Program-made: the position numbers and the translations under genes
The notes under the pieces: model-generated
The model's database searches: none
What the model was told of the DNA's origin: nothing
The model's input: only the letters and a program-made list of their open reading frames with translations
From: Albugo candida
Taxonomy: Eukaryota
NCBI GenBank assembly: GCA_040437565.1
Contig: JBDOQK010000005.1
Coordinates: 1 to 64,000 of the forward strand
Direction: 5' to 3'
DNA length: 64,000 nucleotides
In this document: positions 1 to 11,562 of the stretch, piece after piece
Layout: every line of letters begins with the position of its first letter
How positions within the stretch are numbered: position 1 is the first letter of the stretch

Positions 1-173
1 ATAGTCTAAGCCTATACCACATTCTCTATATCGCTACTCTATACTATTAGTAACCTATTTCTTATCTCACCTGCCCGCGCTATTAATGATCTGATCTTCT
101 CTGACTCTTGATCTTATCCGACTCTTCTAGTCTTGTCCGACTTTCTTCTGAACTTATCCTACTTTCTTCAACA
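1..173 (-). repeat. 3' LTR of the copia element (partial, runs off the window)
   Basis: Minus strand GTGGGAGAG (polypurine tract) is followed directly by TGTTGAAG, an LTR start. Shares TAGTCTAAGCCT with the LTR at 11563. Confidence 0.75.
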
Positions 174-3100
174 CTCTCCCACGACACACAATTCTTGATT
201 TTTGCCAGACGAACCAAATTCTGAAATTGCTTTGTCGAAATGGGCTTCGTCAAGAAATTGGCAAGCTGATTCTTGAAGTCGATATACTCGATCACAATTT
301 TTCATCCTTTGAATGATCACGAATGAAATGATAACGGATGTCGATATGTTTTGCTTTGCATTCATATCCGACGTTTTTTTCGATTGCGATGGCACTTTGA
401 TTGTCCTCGAATATTTTGGTCTTTTGAGAAATCTTTGACTTCAGTTCACATAATAAGCTTTTCAGCCATAAAACTTCTTGCATACAGAGTGATAGGGCGA
501 CGTACTCTACCTCGGCCGTACTCAGCGCTACACTTTGCTGAATCTTTGATTTGAAAATAACGGGTGCACCATTTATCATAACCATGATTCCAGATACAGA
601 TCTTCTGAATTCCTTGTTATTCGCCCAATCTGCGTCACTATATGCACAAACGCATAAATGTTTGTCACTGCCGGTGTAATGTATCCCCATGTCGCAAGTT
701 GACTTCAAATAACGTTGGACCCTTATCGCTGCCTTCCAATGCTCTTCAATAGGCCGTTCCAGATGTCGACTTAGTTGCCCAACTTAATACGCGATATCTG
801 GCCTTGTTCCATTCGAAACATACAAGAGTTATCCAACCAAGGAGCGATAAGGCCGAAACTTCATTCTTTCATCTTCTTTTTCGATTACCGATAAAAGTTG
901 GCCTTGAACATTTGGGTTCCAAACGAGCTTGACGTCCACTTGGTTGAAATTTTCGACCATTTTATTGATGCTTGAAGTTTGACAGATTTTCATTGAACGT
1001 TGCTCTCGGTCATAATTCACTTGAATGCCCAGCATAAATTTCACTTTTCCGAGATCTTTCGACTTGAACTTTCTTGACAATTTGTCGGAAATAGCTTTTA
1101 TCTCCTCCAATGTCTTTGCACCGATTAACATGTCGTCCACATATAAGGCGACATAAACCACCGAGTTCCCTCGTTGACGAACAAATATGCACGAATCTGT
1201 TCTGCAGTGTCGGAAACCCATTTCCAAAAACAATTTTGAGATTGTCTTAAACCATGTTGCTGCAGCCTGCTTCAGACCACATAAGCTTCGCTTCAGAAGA
1301 CAGACTTCGTTAGCCTGAGCTTTATCACCTCGGGGTGGATAAATGTAGACTTCTTCCTCCAGATACCCATTGAGAAACGCGGTGTCGACATCATATTGCT
1401 GAACATGAAATCTTTGGTGATAGCAAACCGCCAGGTAAACCCGAATGGAGTTCATATTTGCAACTGGCGCATATGTATCCATATAATCCCTTCCATATTT
1501 TTGTCGGTAGCCCAAGGCGACAAGTCTTGCCTTGTACTTTTCATCTCCACCAAATACATTCCGCTTTAGAGTAAAAAGCCATTTTTTTCCAATCACCTTT
1601 ATATTTGGAGTCTTTTTTTGAAGTCAGTATCCAGATCTCCTTTTCCTTGAGTGCTTGGAGTTCTAGTTGAATCGCCTTTTCCATTCAGCTGAATCCGGAG
1701 ACCGCATTGCCTCTCTGTACGTTGATGGTACATCCAGCGCAGCATTCGCCTGTTCTTGTTCCATGCGAAATCTTTTCTGTGGTCGAGTTTCTTCGATGTC
1801 CACTGGAACAATGGCATCGGAAATTTCGTATGGCACGATTGAATGAGACAGCTCACTTTCGAGAAGGTCATTGGGCCCAGATGGTGCGAATGTCGGAGAG
1901 CCAGTGAAGCTACCAAATCTCCCCCTGGGAACAATCTCCGTAGCTGTATTGAAATCCATGTTGACACCATCGTCCCCTGGATGTTCATTCTGTTCTTCAA
2001 ACTCTTCATCGATTTCCATTGCATCATCGCTGTTATGCTCTCTTTCGAGAGGCATGTCTTCCTCCTCATAATGCTGGTTTTCCATAGATTTCAATCGGTC
2101 TATGGATTTATCGCAGCATAAGACTTCAGCATATTTCGAGCTTTGCAGTTCTTGAAATTTAGCTGTACGTGCTGTTTCCATGCGATGGGCTTCCAAAATT
2201 CCAGACACGATAACCTTTAATGTTTTCGAAATAGCGCAGAAACATACATTTCTAAGCTTTTCTGTCGAATTTAGATCTCTTAGATTTGTCGATAGTGCAT
2301 AACCTTGAGCTTCAAACACTTTAAAGTGCGCGACGCTTGGCTTCCGACCGAAACATAATTCAAATGGGGTTTTGAATTGATTTGCCGCACAGGGTACTCT
2401 GTTCGTCACGTACACAGCTGTGTTCATAGCTTCTGCCCAACATTTTTCCTCCACTTGCATATGCGATAACATGCACCTCGCACGTTCCGTAAGTGTCCGA
2501 TTCACCGTTCTGCGAGTCCGTTCTTTTGTGGCGAATATGGAACCGTGGTTTGATGTATGATTCCGGAATTTTTGCATAAGTTGGCAAATCTGTCGTCGAT
2601 GCATTCCCCACCATTATCCGAATGCAAACACTTGATCCTTTTTCCGAACTGATTCTCGACAAGTGCTTTGAATTCGGTAAATTTACTGAAAACTTCACCC
2701 ATGCTTTGGATAAAATAGGCATGGATGAATCTTGAAAAATCATCGATGAATGTGACCATGTACTTCGCGCCACCTTGAGACTTCACTCGCATCGGTCCAC
2801 TGATATCACTGTGAACCACTTCCAACAAGGCTTTTGTCTTTACCTTTCCCTACGCAGATAATCTAAATGGCTGAAAAGATGACTTTCCATCCATACACCC
2901 TTCACAAATTTCGGACTCTTAACAATCCATTCCTAATTTTGTCTTTATATTGAGTCCAGTGACATAATTTCTTATGTTTTTCATTCTCTTGGTCGTAATA
3001 TGACCAAACTTTGCATGCTAAATTGATTCGTCCACCGGAACGCCTTCATGTTGACCTGCCTCTCCACCAAAATGTGCGACTTCAAGTGTTTCACATTCGA

Positions 3101-4202
3101 GAACGAAAAGCTTTCCAATACGTTGAATATCCACAATGCTTCGATTGTCACTTTTGATTTCACAGGTAAGATTCCGAAATACAACTTAAAGTCTTTTTCC
3201 GCCAGTGCAGATACGGAAAGTAGCTTTTGCTCGAGACCGGGAACGTACAAAACATCATCAATCCTGATATTTTTGTTGTTCTTGAGTCGCACAAAGATGG
3301 TTCCAACTCCCACTGCATAAACCTTGCTTCCATTGGCAAAAGATATCGGAAGCTTTTTCTTCGTTGCTTGTAAGTCGGTAAATTCAATTTTGTTGGGACA
3401 CATGTGACTGCTTGCGCCACTGTCCAGAATCCAATTCGCTTGATATTCTTGAAACATTGTGAATGCATGGGCTTCCTCGCTGTCGGCATTGTTACTTTTC
3501 TAACAATCCGCTTGTTTGTGCCCATACTTGTTACACCGGAAACACTTTCCCTCGAACTTCGCTGTGTTCCTGTTCGGCCCATTTGCTCGACCTTTGCTTT
3601 GCCGCTTGTACTGCGCTTTGAGTGCCATGCCTTGCTTTTCCTTGGCACTGATGCTTTCTGATTCGCGAAGAAGCATTTCCTTCGCTTGAAAAATGTCCAT
3701 CCCTGGAATAGTCTCCATGATCTTGATAATCTGGTCGAAATCTTCTGACATGCTTCCAAGTAGTACCACCAGCTGCTCATTCAAGTCGGTGGACGCTCCA
3801 ATTACTTGTATTGATATGCACAACTCGTCAAACCTCAAAACATGATCCATAACGCTTCCGCTTTTCTTCATCTTGAACTCATGGAACTCCCGCTACTTCT
3901 GGATCCTGCTGTGCAAGGGAGCGCCTCAAGAAAAATTTCTTCAAGATGTCCCGTGCTTGTGCAGCACTGCATGCTGATCTAACCATAGACTGCAAGTTGG
4001 GGCTGATCATGGTCTAAATGATCGCAAACGCCTTCATGTCATTAACCTTCCGAATTCCCACGTTGCTGTCATCCTCGCTTGGTGTTTTTACCGGCTCAAT
4101 ATGGTTCAGCAACCCCTTACGCATCAGCTGCATTCGAGCACTGAATTCCCAGCTGAAGTACTTGCCTTCTCTCAACATATCCATTTTTGATAGAGTTCGT
4201 AG
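1..4202 (-). mobile_element. Degenerate Ty1/copia LTR retrotransposon (gag-PR-INT-RT-RNaseH, frameshifted)
   Basis: Copia domain order on the minus strand: gag with zinc knuckle CFRCNKYGHKQADC (3500-4200), protease WILDSGASSHM (~3457), integrase VHSDISGP/HSDNGGE/PYSPQKNGLAER (2502-2828), RT YKARLVALG..LYVDDML (829-1596), RNaseH YSDADWA..KHIDIRYHFIR (292-708). Many stops and frameshifts; the 5' end runs into a gap. Confidence 0.96.
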
Positions 4203-4302
4203 NNNNNNNNNNNNNNNNNNNNNNNNNNNNNNNNNNNNNNNNNNNNNNNNNNNNNNNNNNNNNNNNNNNNNNNNNNNNNNNNNNNNNNNNNNNNNNNNNN
4301 NN

Positions 4303-4495
4303 GTGAAAACGGCAACGCACCTGTTCAACGAACAATAATGTTCTCTGTATGCGAGGGAATGCTTGAGTGTTTTTTAAGCATCTTTCTTTATCACCTGCAT
4401 TTCTATCGAATAAATCAGAAAATAAAGCCCGAAAAAAGTGTGATATGGTGCAACACGAATAGAATAATGAAATCACGTATTCAACTTATTTGCAT
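4303..4495 (-). pseudogene. Third, disrupted copy of the small-protein repeat
   Basis: Reads ATG CAA ATA AGT TGA (Cys5 to stop). The homologous reading (DKERCLKNTQAFPRIQRTLL) resumes in a shifted frame; truncated by the gap. Confidence 0.55.
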
Positions 4496-4511
4496 TTTTC
4501 TGCAATACCAA

Positions 4512-4910
4512 TTAGAAAAAAAATGCGTAATGTCCTTTGTTTCCTAATCCAGACCCATTCGGGATGACATTTGATGATGGAGGATATGCTTTGAGATGCG
4601 TGAATGGAACTGATGCTTTGATCACACCTCCTATATTTTTGTACGTTCCAAGTAGATACGATAGCTGGGACCGAGTGCAAAAACCCAGAGATGAAGTAAA
4701 CCTGATCTGGTTGTCGTCCTGGAAACGGCAACGCACCTGGTCACCGATCAATAATGTTCTCTGTATGCGGGGGAATGCTTGGGTCTTTTTGAAGCATCTT
4801 GCTTTATCAACTGCAATTCCATCGAATGAATCAATTAAACAGCACGAAAAAGGTGTGATTTGGTGCAACACGAATAAAGTAATGAAATCACGTGTACAAT
4901 TTATTTGCAT
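4512..4910 (-). CDS. Small Cys-containing putative secreted protein, copy 2 (132 aa)
   Basis: Intact ORF MQINCTRDFITLFVLHQ..., about 72% identical to copy 1 by manual alignment. Confidence 0.45.
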   Translation of the reverse strand: MQINCTRDFITLFVLHQITPFSCCLIDSFDGIAVDKARCFKKTQAFPRIQRTLLIGDQVRCRFQDDNQIRFTSSLGFCTRSQLSYLLGTYKNIGGVIKASVPFTHLKAYPPSSNVIPNGSGLGNKGHYAFFF

Positions 4911-4947
4911 ATATCTGGAATGCTGATATGAAAAAAAAAACGTAATG

Positions 4948-5328
4948 TCATTTGAACTCCAATCTGGACCCATCTCGGATGACATGTGATGATGGAGGAT
5001 ATGCTTTGAGATGCGTGAGTGGATCTGACTCTTTGATCATACCTCCGATATTTATGTACGTTCCAAGTACATACGATAGCCGGGACTGATTGCAAAAACC
5101 CAGAGATAAAGATAACCTGATCTGGTTGTCATCGTGTAAACGGCAACGTCCCATCTGGTCACCGATCAATAATGTTCTTTTTATGTGGGGGAATGCTTGG
5201 AACTTTTTCAAGCATCTTGCTTTATCGACTACATGTTTATCAAATGAATCAATAAAACAGCACGAAAAAAGTTTCATCTGGTGCAATACGAAAAGAATAA
5301 TGAAATCACGTATACAATTTATTTGCAT
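4948..5328 (-). CDS. Small Cys-containing putative secreted protein, copy 1 (126 aa)
   Basis: Intact ATG-to-stop ORF with an N-terminal hydrophobic stretch (FIILFVL). Six Cys are conserved with copy 2, and the indel between copies is 3 nt. Confidence 0.5.
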   Translation of the reverse strand: MQINCIRDFIILFVLHQMKLFSCCFIDSFDKHVVDKARCLKKFQAFPHIKRTLLIGDQMGRCRLHDDNQIRLSLSLGFCNQSRLSYVLGTYINIGGMIKESDPLTHLKAYPPSSHVIRDGSRLEFK

Positions 5329-5579
5329 TTTTCTGGAATACTTTGTTTTGATTCATATTTTTATCTTCTCGCAGGAGCTGGTAACAGTTTCAGGATTGCT
5401 GCTGTTCTGCAACTGTAACAATGATTCTTGTAATTAGATACTGATAAGATCTGTATTTTTTCATGAGATACATTACTCACGTGTGACGAATCACTCATGA
5501 AATCATCAGTTTCTTTTGAAGTATCGAATGTACTCTTACAGTTTGCCATTTACTTTTTCAATACGCCAACGTCAAAGGA

Positions 5580-6680
5580 GATGCTTGCTTAATGGGAATA
5601 CTCCCTGGACAGCCCTTACTAGCGCAAGCTCGCGATCTGTGATTATGACCTTCGGAGAGGGTACCCTATTATAGATAGTTTTGATCTGACGTATTGCCCA
5701 TATGTAGTTCTATCGATGCTCCTTTGACAGGAATGCAAAAAATGATGGGAATGTTGAATTGAGGCAAGTCAATACAACAGCATAGAGAAAAGGGCATTTT
5801 ATACTTGTTTGTCCTGTATGCGTAGTCCAACAATAAAACAGAAGGAGAGCGTCGTGTCAATTTGATATACATTATATTGGCAAAATAAAGGTGCGTCAGA
5901 TTGTTTTCATTCCTGCATTGTGTCGAAGAGATGCACTGGTCTTCTTTGAGTTCCACAATTGGTGCTGCGATCTGTGTTCTGCCATTGAGGGACTGATTTT
6001 GCATCTTACGCTGAAAAGTAATAGGATTAGAATAAAATCGCACTCTGAAATTCGTGATAACACAACTTTCCAGAGCTAATTGAGAGCTTTACCTTTCCAC
6101 TGTAAATGTCCCTCCTTCTCTATTTGCTGAATCTTGCAGTTCGAGAGCTTTTCTCGCCTCGCTAGGTCTAGCTCCAGATTCGAGGGCCCTTTAAATAGTA
6201 CTTTTACCCTCAATAGCCTCAATAGTACGTCTTCGCGGTATTGGATGCTCAGCAATACTTTTTTTATTGTTCATGGCTATGTTGACCATTCTTTACAAAT
6301 ACTCTCCATTGAGAATCATGTTTATATATGGTAGCGTAGAGCGAAAACGGGCAGTCAATTAACTTAGTGGCAGTTTGGGCGCTTTCGATTCTCCTGAGTA
6401 AGGTTTGACCTGTTTTTAGTGTTGCATCAGCAAAGTCAAAATTTGTGCCTTAATTACCCGCTGTATAGTTGAATCTTACCTTGTATCGTATGTCCCTCCT
6501 AAGTCGCACTATATGCAGTATCGCAAATTTTTTGTAGAGCTCTTTATAGCCAATGCATAGCTCTCAAGGAATGCAAATTCTTGTACAGCTTCAAAGAGCT
6601 CTTTAAATGTGTTGTACGTTTCTTGTGTTTCAGAGGGGGCATATTGCAATCTTGTAGGTAGCGTACAATTTGTCACCTTA
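5580..6680 (-). pseudogene. MULE (Mutator/FAR1-like) transposase remnant
   Basis: Fragments CDLGGTY, THLYFA..VLLLDYAYRTNKYKMP and PKVIITDRELAL, with stops. Confidence 0.85.
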
Positions 6681-7140
6681 AATGTGTATACTGGATGAAA
6701 TAAACTGCTGTATAGAAGAAATTCAGAGTAAAATGTGTCGCAAAAAATGTCAGTTGTATTAGCCGATCATAGTTGCAACGCACTGTGCATTAGCCAATCT
6801 CAAATAATATCTCGACTGAAGTTGCGGTGGCAATAATTTAGGGTCTGCTTGGATGTAATTAGTTGAAAAAGTAAAATTATTCTGGGGACATGGGGATTTG
6901 ATACCACTTTTTTCAAAAAATATGAGATATGTACCAAAATTTAAAAAAATATGGTTCATGTACCAAAATTCATAACAATAGGCGGTTTTGTACCAAAAGT
7001 TCGAAAATATTAATAGGGTACTGATATCCCCACAACCTTTTTCTGATATCCCGACAGCCTTTTTTTTAATTACATTTTTATTTTCCATTTTAAATTACAT
7101 CATGCCTACTTAGAACAACTTTTTTGGGACAATAATCAAG

Positions 7141-10100
7141 GGAGCTGCTAACCGGACACCCCACCCCTCCTCGCATATATTTAAATATATTAATAAACAC
7201 CTCGCCCCTATAATCAAATATGAGTCAATACCTTGTGATGTTTTGGTTTGTTCATGTGCTGAGTTTGGCGTTATAGTTTTAGTAAAGGGAGATGCGTTGA
7301 CAGGAATTCCGATCGAGGAATAATTTAAATAATAAAATGCTTTGACTGCTGAATCTATTCTTGATTTTCTGATTGGATTGAAAGGGTGTGTAATAAATGG
7401 GAAAGGTAATCATAAAAATAAGAGCGACGAGTAAAATTCTGCACAGCATGTACACTCCTAATTCCCACCTGCTCATACCTATCTACTCAATTTCATTTTA
7501 AGACTCCCAGCTGGGCCAACATTTCCGCGAGGAATTCTTGGGCAAGTGAGACATCGTCGGCATAATCAAAATTAATTTCATTAGCCTGAAAAAAAAGCGG
7601 TAAGAAGAAATCATACACGAATCATTGCGGCTTACCTCAACGCCATTTTCTTGCACTTTTGCAACTTCTTCGCTATTGGTAATTGTCACTGTGTTCGGAT
7701 AAGTCTGAGAAAACGGCAGATGTCAGTTAGAGAGTATCAAAGGGGTCTTAAGACAAACCAGAATGCATGAAAGATGCTGACTTAGATTACGCTTGCTCAC
7801 AATTTGGCTGATTGCTCTCATACCGGCAGATTTTGCCGCAAGCAATGAGCAGGTGGACCTGTGGTGTCCTTCATCCTTGCAATGCCCGCATTTTCGCTTC
7901 TTGCGGCCTTTTTCCTCCACATGCTCAAAAAGCGAAGGATTGTGCCTTGTTGACGAACGGTTTTGTGAGCTCAATGGCCGCCCACATGGCTGCGCTACTA
8001 CCGGATTGTTCATGACAAATGCTTTCGAGGAATCTAATGCTTCAATTGTGGTTCGAAGCATGGCCTGCTTGTATTCTTTTTCTCCTTGTACCGTGTTGCA
8101 AGAGACAACACAATATGGTGAGAAATTCGCTCTTGCTGTGCATCTAGAGGCGGTGGTGGTTGGTGGAGCCTCAATGCATATGGAAGTCTGAAACCTCCAA
8201 AGACCTATTGTTTGCCAACATCTTTCGCAAAGAAATTTTGGCAGGGGAGTTCTATTGTTCCCACAAAGATATTACTCCACTCCTCTGTTCCATTTGGACC
8301 GATTGCCTGCTGGTATTGCTCATGGACCTGAAAAAAAGACATTCAATAGCTGACTATAGAGGACGTGTTAAGCCCACTGCATGCATTATTCACATACCTT
8401 GCCCATTTCATAAGCTGAGATTTTGCGAACGACGTTGCCCCAGAATGGGGCTTCAAATTTTATTGGAAGCTGCATGCGTTGAAGACCGATCTGTCGGCTG
8501 ATTTCGCGGTGTTGGACATCTCCAGACAGGACAATCTTTCTGTACACTTCATCCAAGTCGATGGTTGAAACAGCAATCCGCTGTTTCAGAGATGCATGGC
8601 TCCCCTCTACACGCGACGTGACCAGCATGTCCAAAATGTAGGGCATATTTGGTCAAGGCTGTAACAAATAGCTCCTTCTGCTTGTCAATCCAAATGTCGT
8701 TCAAGTATTTTGCCAATTGAAGCGGCAAGCTTGGCAGAAGGTTTTCTCGTTGCTTGTGATAATCCGCTTCTGTATGTGCTTGCAGAGAGCCATCCACTGG
8801 ATCCAGAACTTGTCGTACTTCTCTGTCTTGCTAAATTGCCGCTTCGCTCTTGAATGCACATTCTTGTTTATATGCCAGCAGCAGATCAGCACAGTAGCAC
8901 TTGGAAATGCCGTTTTTATGCCTGCAATTAGCGCCAGTTCACGATCCACAACCACACTTATTTCGCCGGAACTAAGCAAATGCCCAAAGCAGTCCCGAAA
9001 TTGACGCAGAGCCCATACATAGTCTATTTCGCTTTCTTCGGAAAGGAAGGCGTAAGAAAACGATACGATACTATCTGGTTTGTTGGCGTAACCCCAACGA
9101 TATGCAACAACGGCACTTTATATCTATAGTATCGGCAGTTACTTACGCTTAACGCTAGTAACGCTTAGCAAAACCATCAAGCTTTACCTGTTTGTCTTGT
9201 GCGTTGAGTCCAATATAAAAACTTGTATGTACAAAGAGACGATGGGGCTGATCAGTGAAAAAGCACGAATAATTGTTGTACCATTGAAGATTGTGCTACG
9301 CACTACATTTTCCGTGAATCCCGCTGCAAGTGATACAGCCGTTGTTGGAGCAAAGAATAACAAGTCTGCTCTCCACTATTACTTTGGCGGAGCTCGTAGT
9401 AGATTTTTTCCTTCTCAAAACGGTCCAAAAGAGCCTCGACTGGTCGTGGGCCGTTCTGCGCAGAGGTCCTTACTTAGAAAAGGCTGTTTAGAATATTCCT
9501 CAAAGTAAATATTACGAGGCAGATTGTCATCGCCATACCCTTTGCTTGGTATTGTACACATCTTTTCCAACCAGTAAGCAGCACTGTCGTTCTGACGAAG
9601 GGTCGCAAAGATTACGCGAGGTGTCGCCCCAACCTTTGTCATTTTTTGTATGAGTCTGTTTATCGCATATGCGGCAGGGTCTTCTGCGGGATTGTGCCCG
9701 CTATGCCCACCAGGGAGGACTTGAAAGTACCAGACATAGGTGCATTCATCGGCGCTTATTGGCCTCTGGATGACAGCTTGCCACTTGCAGTTTGATTTTT
9801 TTGACTTCCGACGAAGGCCACTCCCTTCAACTTTGTGTACTCGGGCATGTCCACACTTCAACCAGACCTTCCGTATTTCCGTGCCTGCGTTGTTTGTCTT
9901 TGACCAAGCAAGTTAACGGCGAACCCGTTCTGCATGTCAAAGGTCTTCACCGCGTCCTCTGCTTTTTTGAGAGAAGGGTAACATGCACTGGGTGGGTCTT
10001 CCATAAGCAAATTTAGGACAGCGTGATGAGAAAGTGGCAGTTTGAGAGCTATAATGTGCTTTGTTAGCAGAGATGGAAATATAAGTTCCCTCTGTCTCTT

Positions 10101-10633
10101 TCTTTTGGGGCAAAAAAATGTGTGTACTGTTATGAACGGTTATTATATGCATTCCCTGTGTATCCTGTCCGCATATGAACTACGATATCGCGCACTATTT
10201 CAAACAGAACGGTCGTTCAGTGACGTCATAGCGACAGACAGTCGCCCGTGGCTGAACTATTTCAATGTCGCGTGGACCACAAATCGACCATAAATCAACA
10301 GGAAGACGTTAAAGTGGAGAGGTGGCCGTGATCATGTAGCACATATGTGTTGTGTAGGGTAAGGGGTGTCCCGTTCAGGATGTGCCCAAAATAATATGTA
10401 ACATATTCATCAACCTTAATAGGGGGGGGTTATTAAATCATATAAAACATATGTGANNNNNNNNNNNNNNNNNNNNNNNNNNNNNNNNNNNNNNNNNNNN
10501 NNNNNNNNNNNNNNNNNNNNNNNNNNNNNNNNNNNNNNNNNNNNNNNNNNNNNNNNGGGTTATTAAATCATATAAAACATATGTGAGGAGGGGGGGTCCG
10601 GTTAGCAAAGGGGGGTGTCTGGCTAGCAGCTCC
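7141..10633 (-). mobile_element. MULE DNA transposon with TIRs and a broken transposase
   Basis: TIRs GGAGCTGCTAACCGGACACCCC / GGGGTGTCTGGCTAGCAGCTCC. Transposase fragments SKKSNCKW..GHN, YKVPLLHIVG, VVDRELAL..CCWHINKNV, TSRVEGSHASLK, and C-terminal CGHCKDEGHHRSTC. Confidence 0.92.
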
Positions 10634-11562
10634 TATAATTAGTGCGTATTGATATCCCGACAACTTTTTCTAAAGGGAATCGTTATTCAGCCCCCCCCCC
10701 TTTCCTGAATCAGCCCTCAGCCTTCATAAATTGATGGTAATCGTGACCTCTGATTGGTTTAAAAAAATATAAAGGAATAAATAAAAAGAAATTACGGAAA
10801 TCGGTATTCAGCCCCTACCCTTCATATATTTATGAAAATTGTGGCCTCTGGTTGGTCTGAATAAATGCAACGAAATGAAATTAAAAAATAAAATAAGAAA
10901 AACTTCGGTCTCTGCAGATTTTGTACTACTTAATCTAAGTCTGTATGTAAATCTACCGCTGCAAGTGTTGCTGGTGTTATTGGTGCTGTTTGGTGCTGCT
11001 GTTGCTTCTTGACGGCAGGTTCTGGCATTGCGACATGTCTTTGGCATTTTCGACATCTTCTACGATACACAGGAGCATCCTAAGCAGCGCTAACATGCTC
11101 AAAGTGCGATGGCAGTCGCTGCGTTGGGCTCGATGGCCAACCATGCGTGCGCACTTGCACAGGATCGCGAATTTCTGTCTGTGGGACGTCCAACATATAG
11201 TCCAGCAGCGCACGCTTACGATGATCGGAAGCATCTCCGTACTCATCGTTTATCCTCTTCAATGCTATCTCAATTCCAATTGGCATGGTCCCAGCCTCAA
11301 TATGAACTGGCATTGGCTGTACCAGCCACCAATAATGATCAAAATCATTAGCAGACAGCGGTATCACTTGGTGACGAAAAGCATAATCGCAAGGATACCC
11401 TATTGTAGATGTCGTCAAGTCTATAGGTAAATTGATGTTGCAGGAGACAACAGTGTGATTTATATATGTATTATTTAGGGATGTGTTATATTCACTCCCT
11501 GTTTGGTTAAAGTCACTCCCTTTTTAAGTAAGGTGGCACACATAATCATACTATGTGTATAT

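Larger units (their letters stand above)
4303..5340. repeat. Tandem array of three ~415-418 bp diverged units
   Basis: Repeated blocks such as AATGAAATCACGT..ATTTGCAT end at 4495, 4910 and 5328. The third copy is cut by a gap. Confidence 0.95.

Noticed and set aside
4537..5437. Plus-strand ORFs over the tandem array
   Set aside because: One copy has an internal stop and there is no shared ATG start. They are probably antisense shadows of the minus-strand ORFs, though this is not fully excluded.
5361..5549. CYSC-containing ORF as a CHxC/CCG effector
   Set aside because: No signal peptide, the motif lacks the conserved Gly, and the ORF is short.
6900..7130. CRISPR-like or satellite short repeats (GTACCAAAA, CTGATATCCC)
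   Set aside because: These are subterminal/TIR repeats of the DNA transposon families seen at 10644, 14340-14420 and 16180-16383. There is no regular repeat-spacer structure and no cas genes.
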